DNA from: Chrysemys picta bellii
Lineage: Eukaryota
Assembly (NCBI RefSeq): GCF_011386835.1
Contig: NC_088806.1
Coordinates: forward strand, 29,078,001 to 29,142,000
Direction: 5' to 3'
Length of the DNA stretch: 64,000 nt
In this document: positions 18,825 to 31,417 of the stretch, piece after piece
Layout of the letters: the number at the start of each line of letters is the position of its first letter
Numbering within the stretch: the first letter of the stretch is position 1
Made by a program: the position numbers and the translations under genes
The notes under the pieces: model-generated
Told to the model about the DNA's origin: nothing
Databases searched by the model: none
The model's input: only the letters and a program-made list of their open reading frames with translations

Positions 18825-21800
18825 GTGGGGAGGGGAGTGGCAGGGGTGATTGGGCACCACTCCCACCCCAGTCTGGGAGCACTGCTGTGCCTCAGTTCCC
18901 CTCCTTCTTTGCCCCCTGAGGCACTCACACACCCACCACAGGTGATTCAATTTAATCCCCCCCCTTGATTCCTGCTTTATTGAGCCAGAAATAAAAAAAA
19001 CAAAACCAGTTCACTTGGCTCACCTAAGCATAATCTGTTTTGTTGTCATCTTTGCAATTTAAACATGAGTGTCACAATATTTGGTGTTTTCTTAAAGCTC
19101 CACCTGCTGGAGTCACCTGATGATGTGAGAATCTCAGCTTTCTTTCTTTGGAGGGGTGTGGGGAGGGGGGGCAAGTAACTTTCTAGCCCTCCTGGTTTTG
19201 GGGGGAAACATGACTTGACTGTACCCAACAGGCTCAGCAAGAAAAAAAAAGGACCCAGCATATATTATTATTATTTTCAATTCCCTAGATTTTTAAACCG
19301 ATCATGATTTTTTGGGGCCTTGTGGTGCGTCCATGCTTGGGGTTGTCCATACTGCTTTCCCTTGCCATTAGGGTTTCCCAGGAGAGTCCTGCTACACTTC
19401 TTAGCAAGTCTCTCTTACACCATTCACCTAGTTAGTGTGTAAACTTTCCCACCTGGTTCTCTTTCCCCAGCGCTCTCAGAAACAGAGAGTGCAGGGCGGG
19501 CAGCCCCTTTTCTAGCAGACGTGCTTCCAGCCTGGACTCAGGTGATCCTAATCTCACGCTCTTAGCGAGTCCTGTGCTCCCCCTGCTCAGGTTTTCAGCA
19601 GCATTGGCTCACCCCACCCTTCAGCGGAAAACCAGGACAGTTAGAGATAAGCCCAAGCTGCCTTCAAGGGCGAGCTCACCTTATGATGGGGCCACAGGGA
19701 GGAGATGAAACACAGAAGCCAATGTACACAGGGCAGCCCTAGAACAAATGGTGCCCCAGGTGAGGAGTGTCCTCAGCGCCCCCTCCCACCCACATTAGTT
19801 AAACTTTTGAATACCTTACAGCACCCTGAGCTCGGCACCCTCCCAATCCCGGCACCTGGGTCAACTGCCCCTAAATCTGGCTCTGAATGTATGTACTCCT
19901 GTCAGATTGTCACCTGCACCTCTGACCAAGATCCCTGGCTGGTGAAGTGCCCTCAGAGCATCACTTGAACCTGTTTATCCAAGAATGTAACACGAGGACG
20001 AGTCGGAGGTTAAACTAACTAACTGCAAATTACCCAAGAGAGTCAGGCAAGGGAACGTGGCTTAGTGGCACGTAGTCCTAGTCCACTTTCTCTGAGGAAA
20101 AATGAGGGGGTTAAGTAACAAGTGCAAGAGCAATAAAACCATTTAGATACAAGCGATGTCAGGGCAGTGCTTCGATAAACAACTTATTTCAGTTGACCTC
20201 TTCCCTCCTGTGCAGCTGGGACGCTGACCTGGTCGAGGCTAAAATGGAAGCGGTGCCTCTTCGGACATGAGGCCAAAGTCCCTGAGAGCTCAGTTGACTG
20301 CGGTGGAGTTACGCCACCAGCAGAGAATTTAGCCCAATGCTCCTTCTACAGAGAGGCTCCTTTCAAGCCAAGCTGGACATACATGTATGTGGCTACCTGG
20401 GGCCTTTGTCTCAGTCATGGGGATTGCTGCAGGTCAGCAGTTCCCTTTGCCAGAATGGGTTGAGTGCAACAGATTTTGGGGCAGTTCTCGCAGGGGAATT
20501 AGCCAGAAGAGTTTTAGGCCCGGATCCACAAAGGGACTTGAGCGTTGCAGCATTCGGCATCATGGCGCCTAACCTTTAGATGCCTAGAAAGTCACAGGAA
20601 CAACACGGCGATCCACCAATGCAATGAATAGGGAGAGACAGGCACCTTTGAATGGGAGCCACCAACTCCCGAATGTTAAGCACGGAGCTGCCAAGCTAGC
20701 CCAGTGGAGATGCTGATGACAAGGTGGTGTGCCATGCCCCAACACCTCCCCCAGTGTTGATCACTGGACTCTGAGAGGCCCCAGTTTTATGCTTCCCCTC
20801 ATACTCTCCCATTGACTTTGGATGGCCTGCCTGACTCGTGGGCACAGTCATGTTGTCACTGCAGAAACTGGAGTTGCTGGCCATTTTTCTGGAGGACAAT
20901 GCTACACTCAGTGCAGCTGTGCTGACAGGCTCTGTTAACAAGAATGACTGACACATTCCATCCTTCCACCTGGGTGAAAGGTAACTAAGAAAATCTTCTC
21001 TGATAAAAGATAAATCCAGGTCTGCAATCATGTTTCAGTTAAAATATCTCCAGCTATAATGTAGCATTGGTGTAGACAACACAGAGCAAAACACAGCAGA
21101 GATTCACCATCTAAGAATAGCTAATAGCCTGGTGGTTTGGGCAATCAGCGGGGGTGTGGGAGAAGTTTATGTCAGTGCTTTAAATAAGGCAGAGCAGGAC
21201 CTTGAACCTGGTTTTTCCAGGTGAATGCCTTACCCCTCAGGATACTGGCAAGTCTGGCTTGGTCCTTCATTACTGCTAGTTATTTGAGAAAAACTTGAAA
21301 AGTCTCAGGTCCCTCGCAATGAGGAACAGGAACATTTCTGAAATGTTGTAAGTTTGGCCATGACAGGAAAGCATTTCTCAGCCATCTCTATTCACTATCT
21401 CCTGCCTATGTCTGGTAGCTTAACGGGGAGATAAACTTATATAAACTAAATGGGGGAATAAACATTATATCTTACACAATGGATCTGTGTCCTGCCTTTT
21501 GATCCTGTTGGATACCAGTAGTCCTTCTGGTTGACACTTTAACCTCTTATTACACATGCAAATTGCATTCTTCATGTATCCATTGGGGAGTTTCATTCTT
21601 CACACCAAGATAGATTCTTGTAGAACCCACAGGAAGCAGAAAAGTATTTGTTGGTGGAAGAGAGGGGGAATGAAATATACCTGAGTTGGTGTTTAAGGGG
21701 AAGCTTCAGGGGCATTGGGGCAGAGTACGTGAGCAAGCTACAGGGTCTCACTGAGCCACTGTTATCATTTTTGGAGATACGTGATCCCCAAGAATGCATC

Positions 21801-22716
21801 TGCCAAATGCACAGTAATGGTATCTGTTACAGCTGTATTCTGCAGCGGTGGGAGGTGTACATTGGCTGTGATTTTCCCCTATTAGGAGGAGAAAAAGTGT
21901 AGTGGTATTTCACTCAACTTTCCTTTTACATTCAGCATTGAGACTCTGCTTTAGAGGGTTTTCAGGAGAGAATTTAGATCCTTTCACTTGTGTCCCCTTA
22001 AGAGAAGAGAGGACTGACTCAGGGTCTGTCTACACAGGGATAAAAGACCTGCAGCATGGCTGTGGCTGCTCTGGTTCCAGAGCTCGGGCTCCAGTCCAAG
22101 CCCAAATGTCTATGCAGCAATTTTTCAGCCCCGGAAACCAATCCCTACGAGACCTGGTCAACTGACCTGGGCCAGCCTCAGGATTTTTATCCCTGAGTAG
22201 ACATAGAGCTATAGTTTAAATCCAGATGTATTAACCTGTAAATCTCCTTCTGCAAAGTTAATAATAAGACCTGGAACCACAGATAATTGCATATGGGAAA
22301 CAGATCTTTATTAGGCAAGCACCGATTGGGTGGAGATTACAATTATTCACCAAGACAAATCATTCATTCAACACCATGGCCCAATGCAGCTGTCAGGCCC
22401 CAGCCAATCAGTTCAAACGGATCAATGTTGAAATCACAGCGAGGTTATAGCCAGTATTGAGGACGATGTGTAAAGTGTGAGCCATGTTCTCAATGTCGGG
22501 AGACGTTATGGCAGCTCTGAGTGGGAAAGGACCGGGATGAGGGCAGCTTTAGTGGCACAACAAGGGGTTCAAGCTAGTGCATCCTGAACAAACTGGTTCT
22601 CCAAGGTGCTTGGAGGTCATCAAAGATCCACAGCGCACATTGAGCTTCAGGCCTACCAGCATCTACAGCTAATCTATTCTGCCTCTCTACTTCCCTTGGG
22701 CTGATGTATTTTCTCT

Positions 22717-25700
22717 TTAATCTTCTTTGCCCTTCCCTTTGGAAGCAACTAGGTAAGAGATCTCCTCATGCTCTACCAAACTATCTGGATAGCATATGGG
22801 AGTCACCTCAAACTTCAAAATATCATAACCAGCCTCCTTCACTGCTTCCTCCAGAACCTCCTTCTCCAGAAAGAGGCAGGGAAACTTGTGTTGGCCAACT
22901 ACAAAATGACTACACTTCATTGTGGTCACCATCAGCAAGTGACCCCCTGGCTTTAACAGGGAGCTGACATTCTTCAGTGCAGCACGGTAGGTACTCAGGT
23001 CATTGCAAATTCCTACTAAACAATGGCACATGAGCAGGCAGTCAGCAGGGGGCAGAGAGGCAAAAGTCAGAGGGTTGAATTTGGTGACATCACATTCCAG
23101 AACCTGCTTGACCGTTCTTCGTAACTTCTCTTCCTTCTCAGCCCACTTGTTCCTGGAAAGATAAATATAACACTGAAGAGAAATGTGCTACTGTTGTGCC
23201 AAAGAGCCCGTCATATCCAGGACCAATGCACAGTCAATATATCTGCAATCGGCTCAGTGGATGAGAGTTACATAATCACATGAAATCTCTGTTGGGTGCA
23301 ATTCACCTGCTTAAGGCCAGATTTTCAGAAGAGCTCTGCTCTCATTTATCCAGAGTTGGTCACACTTTATATGAAGCTCCCATTTATAATGACACAGGGA
23401 TCTTACAGACACAAATACTATGCATCGTAAATGTTCGGTTATCAGCAAATCTGTAGAAAATGGTGTAAATCTTTATAAGCTATCTATTGCTCTGTTGGGC
23501 CCTGTAACACTTTTGAGCAATAGACTAACCCGTTATTAAAACATGTACTCACCATTTATTCACCCTTTATAGCCCACTCATATAAATGGAAGATTATATA
23601 AAGTGTGGCCAATAATCTAAGGAGCTCAGCACCCCGTGTGCTGAGCTGTTTGGAATATCTAGTGCTTACAGCCCATTTTGAAGGCTAAAATGGGAGTGAA
23701 GGGGTGTCTAATCCTGAAATGTTTGCCACTCTGCCGGGGGGGAAATTACCCTTGTAGGAGTAAACCTTCCTCTTGTAAGCATTGCAAGTTCAAGCTCTGA
23801 GTCTGCTGAATTCAGAGGAATCCCTTGCTAGCGGTAGCTGGAGGGGAGTCCTGGTTCCAGACTTCTCTTAAATTTTTCCTTTACTTCAATCCAATCCACT
23901 TCTTTCTTTTTATACGTATTGAACACCACCATAATACATAACAATTATTAGGAAAAAAGTACCCCAGAGAAGATCCACAAATTAAAAGGTATTTTTACAT
24001 TTTTTTTTAGTTGAATTGTAATAGAACTAGGTCTCCTCCCCATACCTGTCCCCTTCCAGTTCACACACGTATTTCACCACCGGAGTCCAGTTAAATGCTC
24101 CCGGCTCTTTCTTTAGCCATTTCTGCAGTTCCTGGCAGTTCCGATCCATATAGTTTGTGATGACGATCTCCTTAAAGGACTCACAGGCAGAGAGTAGTTC
24201 GAAAATGCTGGGCACAGCACCAATATGAATCAGGGTGTTGCCTTTAACGCCATCTGGTTTGGAATGCAAAATACCTGTGTATCAGCACATACAGCAGCAG
24301 AGGATGGGAGAGGAGGAGGTTTGGGGGGGCTAAGGGTACAAGCTGGACAATTTCCCCTCTGGGTTTATAAAGGGTTTTAAGAAGGCCAGTTCCAGGAGAG
24401 GTAAAATGCAGCGAAGGACCCCTGACTGGCTTCAAGACTGAGCTTGATAAGTTTATGGAGGGGACGGTATGATGACCTTGCCTTATAAACAGATTGAAAA
24501 GGATTAGATTTGTATCGCTAAACGTCAATAAACGTTGATTTCACCACACAAATGGAAACAGACTAAAAAGCATTTCCATTGATAATAACTGAAATATACA
24601 GATAGACAATGTAAGAGAAATCCTGACTTGGATTTAAGAATATTTAGCTGTAAAATATTTGACATGTGATATTGACAATTGGTGTTTTAAAGGTTATAAA
24701 ACTTTTACTTTTTAAATCTCAGTGTCTACTGTCATTAAATAATTGTTGTCTGACTCTCCCCCGAGTGTCATATAATTTCCCACAAGTGTGAAAATTTAAA
24801 TCAATAAAAATAAAGAAGCTTAAAAATAAACATTGATCTTATCCATTGAAAGTATAAAAAAATTAATATTGAATTCTGCCAATCCTGCCTGGAAGTCAGA
24901 TTTTTAAGCCTTCTCTCTTTTTTTGTTGTTCTCCCCTGGGCCCTCTCCAATTTGTCCATATCTCTCTTAAAGCTGGCACCGGGAGATCTCATCTCATCTC
25001 TCATTTGAATAAATAAATTCAATTAAAGCTAGTTTCTAGCGTGAAGAGTTGTGGAGAAAGCTTAAAAAAATAACAACCCGAAAAGCTCAAAATCCAGAAG
25101 GCACCGAAACAAAACCCAAGATGTGTTGTCTTTTAAAATCTGTTATTTAAGCTCACTTGGCTTGAAGTTAGCAATACCCACACAGCCCAGGTAGCTTTAA
25201 AAGTACATTCTACAGGCCCACAAACCTAGATACACCAACAGCTTGAGAGAGAGTCCCTCTTTCGGGGACCGCTGGGGAGCTCCTTGACTGGCCACTCCTG
25301 GCTCAGAGGCACGAGCCGGCTTCTGATCTACCACCAGCCATTGGTCATCTTAATGCTGGGACCAGGGCTTGCTGGGGAATGGCACCAAGCTCTACTGCAT
25401 GGGATGAGGAGCTGGTCAATCTTGTAGGGAGACTGTACTTAAGGCACAAACTAGTAAAGGAGGATTTGCTCTGTCCTGGTCTGTGCCATAACCGCTGTCA
25501 CCAGTGATGTCGCCAACCACTGCACCCTACAGGACCCTGTGCACAAGCTCTGATGCATGCTCTCCCCCCCCCCCATTCCTCTCCCCTCTTCCATGCTGCC
25601 ACGATCCAGGTGCACCTTCTCCGCTGTTGATTCTTCAGCCTGTAGTGGCCCCCATTTTATGCTTCATCTCAGACTCTCCTATTGACTTTGGGAGACCCAT

Positions 25701-26117
25701 CTAGGTCATTAGCACAGCCCAGTGTTGTCATTGCACACACTAGAGGACAATACTACTCTCAACGCACCTATTGTGCCAGGCTTTTGTAATGACTATGACC
25801 AACTGTGGCCCATCATGCCATAAAGCAGGGGTAGAAGATAATTAGGGAAAATCTCCTCTGCTAAAAGAAATCCAGATCTACACACTCATGTTTCCAGCAA
25901 CACGCATCCCACTATAAAACAGCCTTTGTGCAAACAGAATGGCACAAAACACACCCGACTCACCCAAAATGAAGGTCTTAAAGAAGTTTCTCAGAAGAAA
26001 CATCAAAATATCATTTTTTTCACTGCTTGTGGAGTCAAAGGAATAATACATTTTCAAAAACTCTTTTGGATCAAAAAGTTTCTCCAAAGCTTCTTTCTTA
26101 GTGCGGCTCTGGTCCAT
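22717..26117 (-). CDS. NNMT-like: Type A2 (inverted) NNMT/INMT-family methyltransferase-like protein, 265 aa; complement(join(22717..23152,24046..24253,25964..26117))
   Basis: Exons 154/208/436 nt, GT-AG, open frame. Motif I region LIHIGAVPS; TNYMDRN. Confidence 0.92.
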
Positions 26118-27479
26118 TTTGTCTCTGAGTTTGCAGATGTTCAACTGCCCGGCTGTTCCCAATCTGGGTTAATATGGGGTTCCTCATCTCTTCCTGGCCA
26201 TGACTCCACCTTCTTTTGTCCAAATATCAGATTACAGGCTTTCTTCATAACTCCCTCACACGCCCCTGTGACCTGGGGTGCCCGGGGCTGCCCTCACTGA
26301 AAATGCCAAGGTCAGGCCAGGCTGCAGAAGGGAGAGCAGATAGTCCCCAAACTAGTGGTTAACACTGAAGTTAAACTCACCAACCAGTCAAAGACAGTAC
26401 TTCTGATCTCCCACGCTGGTTATCAAGAAGTTTAAAAAAAGAAATCCCCCCAGCCCCCTTACTGCATTCCAGTTCTCTGGCTCTCAATCAGCACCTAGGT
26501 CCAGTACAGTGAGAAGGTATTTAAAAACTCAGTTCACATATACCAAATGTTCTTCAGATCCCATAGGGTCAGCCACGTTACCAGGTCAATATTAGTTTAG
26601 ATCCTACCCAAAATACCATGCTGCCAGCCAATCCTTTAGTATCTAATACTAAAGGTTTATTATAAAGAGTTATTAAATGATAAAGCACTCAAACACATAT
26701 AGAGATTTCCAAGTACATATATCATGTTCTTGGGAGTATCGTGAGTTTGCTGGCTTGGAAGTCCCTCTGAAACACATCCACAGCTTGGATGGGTCTTTCA
26801 GTACTTTGTTTAGAGCTTCGTTTGTAGAAAAGTTACTCCAGTTACTACATGCCTTGCTGACTCATGAGGTGTATCCCTTGCCTTCTCTCAATGGGTCAAC
26901 TGTACAGCCGATGATCCTTGATGGACCATCAAACAGACTAGGCGGTGCTGATGTCAAACTGCCTGGGGGTGTCTTCCAGAAACACAGCGGAAGTTTGGAA
27001 ATACAGATATACCCTACATATCTCTAACTCACAATACAAAGGCAATACAAACATAAACAAGATTATCAGACTTGGCAAATCACCAACACCTTACACAGCA
27101 TATCTAGCATAATTCATTCCAATTTTATAGTATTGCTGTTAATATTATAAATGGTCACCCATATTCCATACAGCGTCGAACTCCAGTGTCTCCCCAACCA
27201 TTCATGAACCTTGAACCCTTTTCTCCCCTGGAAGGATTTTTCTCTTACTGACGCTGGCTTCCCCCAAGAGAAGTACAAAGTGGGATTCCATGGCCTTTCC
27301 TGTGGAATCTGGCTCATCTATGAGCCCTGGCTATCAGCAGAGAGGCAACTGCATCATCTCATGCCCCTCTCTAGATACTGGACAGGTGCTGTTCATCCCA
27401 ACATGGCTCTGCTTGTAGGTTCTGATGCCACCATAGCCCATGATGGTGGCACTGCTGCAAGATATCCAAATGTACCACA

Positions 27480-27651
27480 AGAGGTTCCCTGCCTCTTTCT
27501 GGAGAAGGAGGTTCTGGAGGAAGCAGTGAAGGAGGCTGGTTATGATATTTTGAAGTTTGAGGTGACTCCCATATGCTATCCAGCTAGTTTGGGAGAGCAT
27601 GAGGGGATCTCTTACCTAGTTGCTTCCAAAGGGAAGGGCAAAGAAGATTAA
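27480..27651 (+). pseudogene. 3' fragment of type A exon 3 at the inversion breakpoint
   Basis: Encodes ...[20 protein letters not shown]...KGKGKED* and is fused at 27476-27479 (caca microhomology) to inverted non-coding sequence. Confidence 0.85.
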
Positions 27652-28685
27652 AGAGAAAATACATCAGCCCAAGGCAAGTAGAGAGGCAGAATAGATTAGC
27701 TGTAGGTGCTGGTAAAACTGAAGATCAATGTGCTCTATGGAGCTTTAATGACCTCCAAGCACGTTGGAGAACCGGTTTGTTCAGGATGCACTAGCTTGAA
27801 CCCCTTGTTGTGCCACTAAAGCTGCCCTCATCCCGGTCCTTTCCCACTCAGAGCTGCCATAACGTCTCCCTGGCCTCCAACCCCACTGTGCTTCATCCAG
27901 TGTAGCTGCACCGCACTGGGCTTCATCCTCTCCCTGCTCTTGCCATGTTTTGCCTAGGCCATGCTGCAGCTGTGCAGCTAATTATAATTACATAATGAAT
28001 CATACAAAGCTCTTCTCACTGCTAATGGACTGGAGCCTGCTCCCAGTATAAGGGGCAAAACTCCCATTGGCTTCAGTGGTGCAGGACTGGGCCCAATCAG
28101 TGCTGGGTTTGGAATCATGGGTGGATGGGGTTTAGAAAGAGGATCAAAACACATCTACAGGCCCAACCACCCCAGACTGTTAGGAACAGACATTCTGCCC
28201 CTGAGCTGCCTCTGGATTCAAATTCTGCAAATAGCTCCATTTGATAATGGGTTGAGCTACTCCTTTCTAACCCCAAATTTTGCAACTCGCTCCCATGTCA
28301 TGTGTTTAGCTTTGTGCCTTTCTATGCATCTGCATTAGACTGTAAACTCCTTGGGGCAGCCATCCTGCCTACGTGGGAGTCTTGTCTCCCGGCATTGAGA
28401 ACATGGCTCACACTGTACACATCATCCACACCTCCCACCGCTGCAGAATACAGCTGTAACAGATACCATTACTGTGCATTTAGCAGATGCATTATTGGGG
28501 ATCCATCACGTATCACCAAAAATGATAACAGCGGCTCAGAGAGAGCCAGCAGCTTGCTCACGTGCCCTGCCCTAAGGCCCCTGAAGTTTCCTCTTAAACA
28601 CTGACTCAGGTATATTTCATTCCCCCTCTCTTCCACCAACAAATACTTGCCCCCTGCCAGATTTCTGCCTTCCATTTAGCACAGA

Positions 28686-28781
28686 GAGTTTGAGGTTCTC
28701 GTCAGGGATGATAATATCGATGACAGCTCTGATTTCTCTGGGAAGTTCTTCATTCTCACTCGCAAAGAGGAAGCAATATAA
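28686..28781 (+). pseudogene. 3' remnant of type B exon 3 ([31 protein letters not shown])
   Basis: Matches the last ~96 nt of B1 exon 3 plus its downstream flank; the rest of the gene is missing. Confidence 0.85.
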
Positions 28782-29269
28782 ATCCTTCGCTGAGTACGGG
28801 TAAAGGAAACCCTCCCCAAAAGAAGGGAGATAATATTTCTAATAAACATACCAATGAAATGAATGCAGTATTTTCTCCAGTAATGTTAAATACATTAACG
28901 CTTTGTTGTGAAATACACAATGTCCATGAGAAATTGTTACTGGCTAAGTACCTATAAATCAGAGCTAGAAATCTTGTTAAGTATTTTATTTTTTGTTCTT
29001 CTCTTTCTTGGATGCCTTAAAAATAGAACTTACCCAGAGATGTCCTTGTTAGGCATGAGGCTAACACAATGCAAACTTTTTAAGACCCTCAGATGCCCAC
29101 AGTGAACATGTTGTTTGGTTGTGAGCAGACTGCCAGCTGTTCCAGGGACTGGGGTCCCACAAACTCTGCCAGGACATCTCAGTCTACACCCACAGCTACA
29201 CCTGCTACTCCAGTGCTCGTCACCCAGAGCTCTGCTGCCCATACACCTCCCTCATACCAAGTGTGGCAT

Positions 29270-30329
29270 TGTAGGGAGACAGGGTGGCTGCCCTCCGAAC
29301 CTGAGGGTAAAGGGCCTTTCCCTCAGCCTGAGTGAGCGGGGCCAGCCCAAGCTCGCTCCACCCCCCGGAAGGGGAGGGGTGGAACAGGAAGTATAAAGGG
29401 CGGGGCCCTTAGCTCAGTTAGGGCAGCACCAGGGAGGGAGGCAGACGCAGACCGCGGGCTGCTCCCTTCAGACCCTGCTGCCACGCCGGGGGAGGCCCTG
29501 GCCCAGTGGAGACCTCGCCTGGAGGACGGACTGGGGCTGCCAGGACTGCCCGCGGCCGAGTACCCAGAGGAACTGGAGGAGCCGGAGGGGGAGCTGGAGC
29601 TGCCAGCCGCCGAGTATCCAGAGGAGCTGGAGGAGCCTGAGTCTGAGGGGGAGCTGGAGCTGCCAGCAGCAGACTATCCCGACGCACTGGCGGGACCAGA
29701 GGGATTCGGACGAGCGATCGGGTAGGAAGTAGCCCAGGGACAGAGCTGCACAGTGGTGAGTCTGTACTGCGGAAAGACCCCGCTGATCCAGTGGCAGGAC
29801 CCTCGTCCTGCCACTGTCAGGGCCCTGGGCTGGAACGCAGTGGTGTAGGGTGGGCCTGCGTTCCCCTACCCGGCAGAGCCACGCCGGGACCTCTGCCGGC
29901 GCTCCCCTGCCTGAGGGGCGCGCTACTGACCTCAGCCGGCGCTCCCCTGCCTGAGGGGCGCGCTACTGACCTTTGCCGGCGCCCCCCTGCCTGAGGGGCG
30001 CGCTACTGACCTTTGCCGGCGCCCCCCTGCCTGAGGGGCGCGCTACTGACCTCTGCCGGCGCCCCCCTGCCTGAGGGGCGCGCTACTGACCTTTGCCGGC
30101 GCCCCCCTGCCTGAGGGGCGCGCTACTGACCTTTGCCGGCGCTCCCCTGCCTGAGGGGCGCGCTACTGACCTTTGCCGGCGCTCCCCTGCCTGAGGGGCG
30201 CGCTACAGACTCTGGCTGGCGGCTGCCCCGCCGCTAATTCCCCGCTGACGGAGGCGTGACCCAGGCCGGCCAGTGACCTCGTAGCTCCCCACCGCCCCCT
30301 AGCGGGTAGGTGGGCCGACACCGATCACA
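29270..30329 (+). mobile_element. Solo LTR, 1,060 bp, CpG-rich, private to unit 3
   Basis: TG...CA termini, perfect 5-bp TSD GGCAT (29265-29269 / 30330-30334), empty site in the other units, TATA-like gtataaaggg near 29391. Confidence 0.85.
29888..30207 (+). repeat. 40-bp GC-rich minisatellite, 8 copies, inside the LTR
   Basis: Unit gacct(c/t)(t/a)gccggcgc(t/c)cccctgcctgaggggcgcgctact with period 40 and no spacers. Confidence 0.97.
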
Positions 30330-30461
30330 GGCATTCATCACACAAGTGCCTCAGCTTCACTAATTATATCCCCGTCACCGTTTTTCCTCAACATGGATTT
30401 TGAAGCCCATTGTGCATCAGGGAAAATCTTGACACAATTCCGCCTCCCCCCCTGTAATTCA

Positions 30462-31417
30462 GAGCTAACTTTGATTCCATTAGGAGTCCAGTTACAGGCT
30501 GCTGAGCTGAATTCACTTTGGGCCAATAGTGCAACAGCACTGGGGCTCCCCTATTACTAGCTGAAATCACAAAAGAGGTAAAGTTACTAAGAGCTGAGAT
30601 CACTGAGTGCCGTGTTAACTAGTGGGGGAACCTGAAGCTATATTGCTCAGTGGCTGGCGGAGCAGTTTGCGGGGATAGCTGGAGGAGGAGCGGCTAGCAG
30701 AGCGGAGCCCTGTGGGGATAGTTGGAGCGGCCCAAGGAACGGGGAACGGAGCGGAGCTGTTTGTGGGGACGGCTGGAGCAGCTCACAGGTCAGTGAGCGG
30801 AGCAGCTGGTAGAGCAGAGCAATTCATGGGACGGCAGGAGCGGCTCACGGGACGGCTGGTGGAGTGGAGCGGCTTGTGGTGAAAGCTGCGGCAGAGCCCC
30901 ACGGAGAGGCGGCCGGTCGGCCTCGGATCACGTAAGGTGCCCCTTAACACCCTGTGTGCCCCCCCCCTTTGAACTCTGGGGCTGCACTGACCAGGGACAG
31001 AGTCTTTGGGGGTGTTGGACTTTGGTGAATCTTGGGTTGCTGGACCCAAGAGACTTTGGGGGTGTTGGACTTTTGGGTGATTTTTGGGTTGCTGGTTTCA
31101 AGAACCAACGGGAAAGGACACGGCCCAATTTGCTGGGGTGGGTCTTCGCTCATGGTTTGGTCTATGAACTCTGTGTATTCCCAATTTAATGCTATGTCGT
31201 TTACCTCATGTTATTAAACATTTTCTGCTACACCGAGACTCTGTGCTTGCGAGAGGGGAAGTATTGCCTCTTCGAGGCGCCCAGGGGTGTGTGTAAGATT
31301 TTCCCAGGTCACTGGGTGGGGGCTCGAGCTGGTTTTGTGTTATGCTGTTGGGAGGGGACCCCTATGTACTGAACCCGGCCCTTGCTGCTATCAACTCAGC
31401 CTGGCAGAAGGGTCACA
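30462..31417 (+). mobile_element. LTR-like sequence (3' end intact) replacing ~785 bp of the unit
   Basis: Ends ...ggcagaagggtcaCA; ATTAAA near 31213; absent from other units; no TSD because flanking host DNA (unit-1 ~483-1267) is missing. The 5' boundary is approximate. Confidence 0.65.

Larger units (their letters stand above)
13274..23385 (+). repeat. Near-identical direct duplication (13274-18330 and 18346-23385; offset 5,055 bp over most of its length)
   Basis: ORF pairs are offset by exactly 5055 (13991/19046, 14650/19705, 17662/22717); the junction lies in a poly-T run at 18328-18345. Confidence 0.95.
12642..28906. repeat. Tandem unit 2, rearranged (forward part, ~5.06 kb duplication, inversion carrying A2, A and B fragments)
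   Basis: Forward homology to unit 1 ends at 15666; inverted homology runs from ~16700 to ~27479; forward homology resumes at ~27480. Confidence 0.88.

Noticed and set aside
29888-30207. 40-bp palindromic repeat array resembling CRISPR
   Set aside because: The units are contiguous with no unique spacers, there are no cas genes, and the context is eukaryotic inside an LTR.
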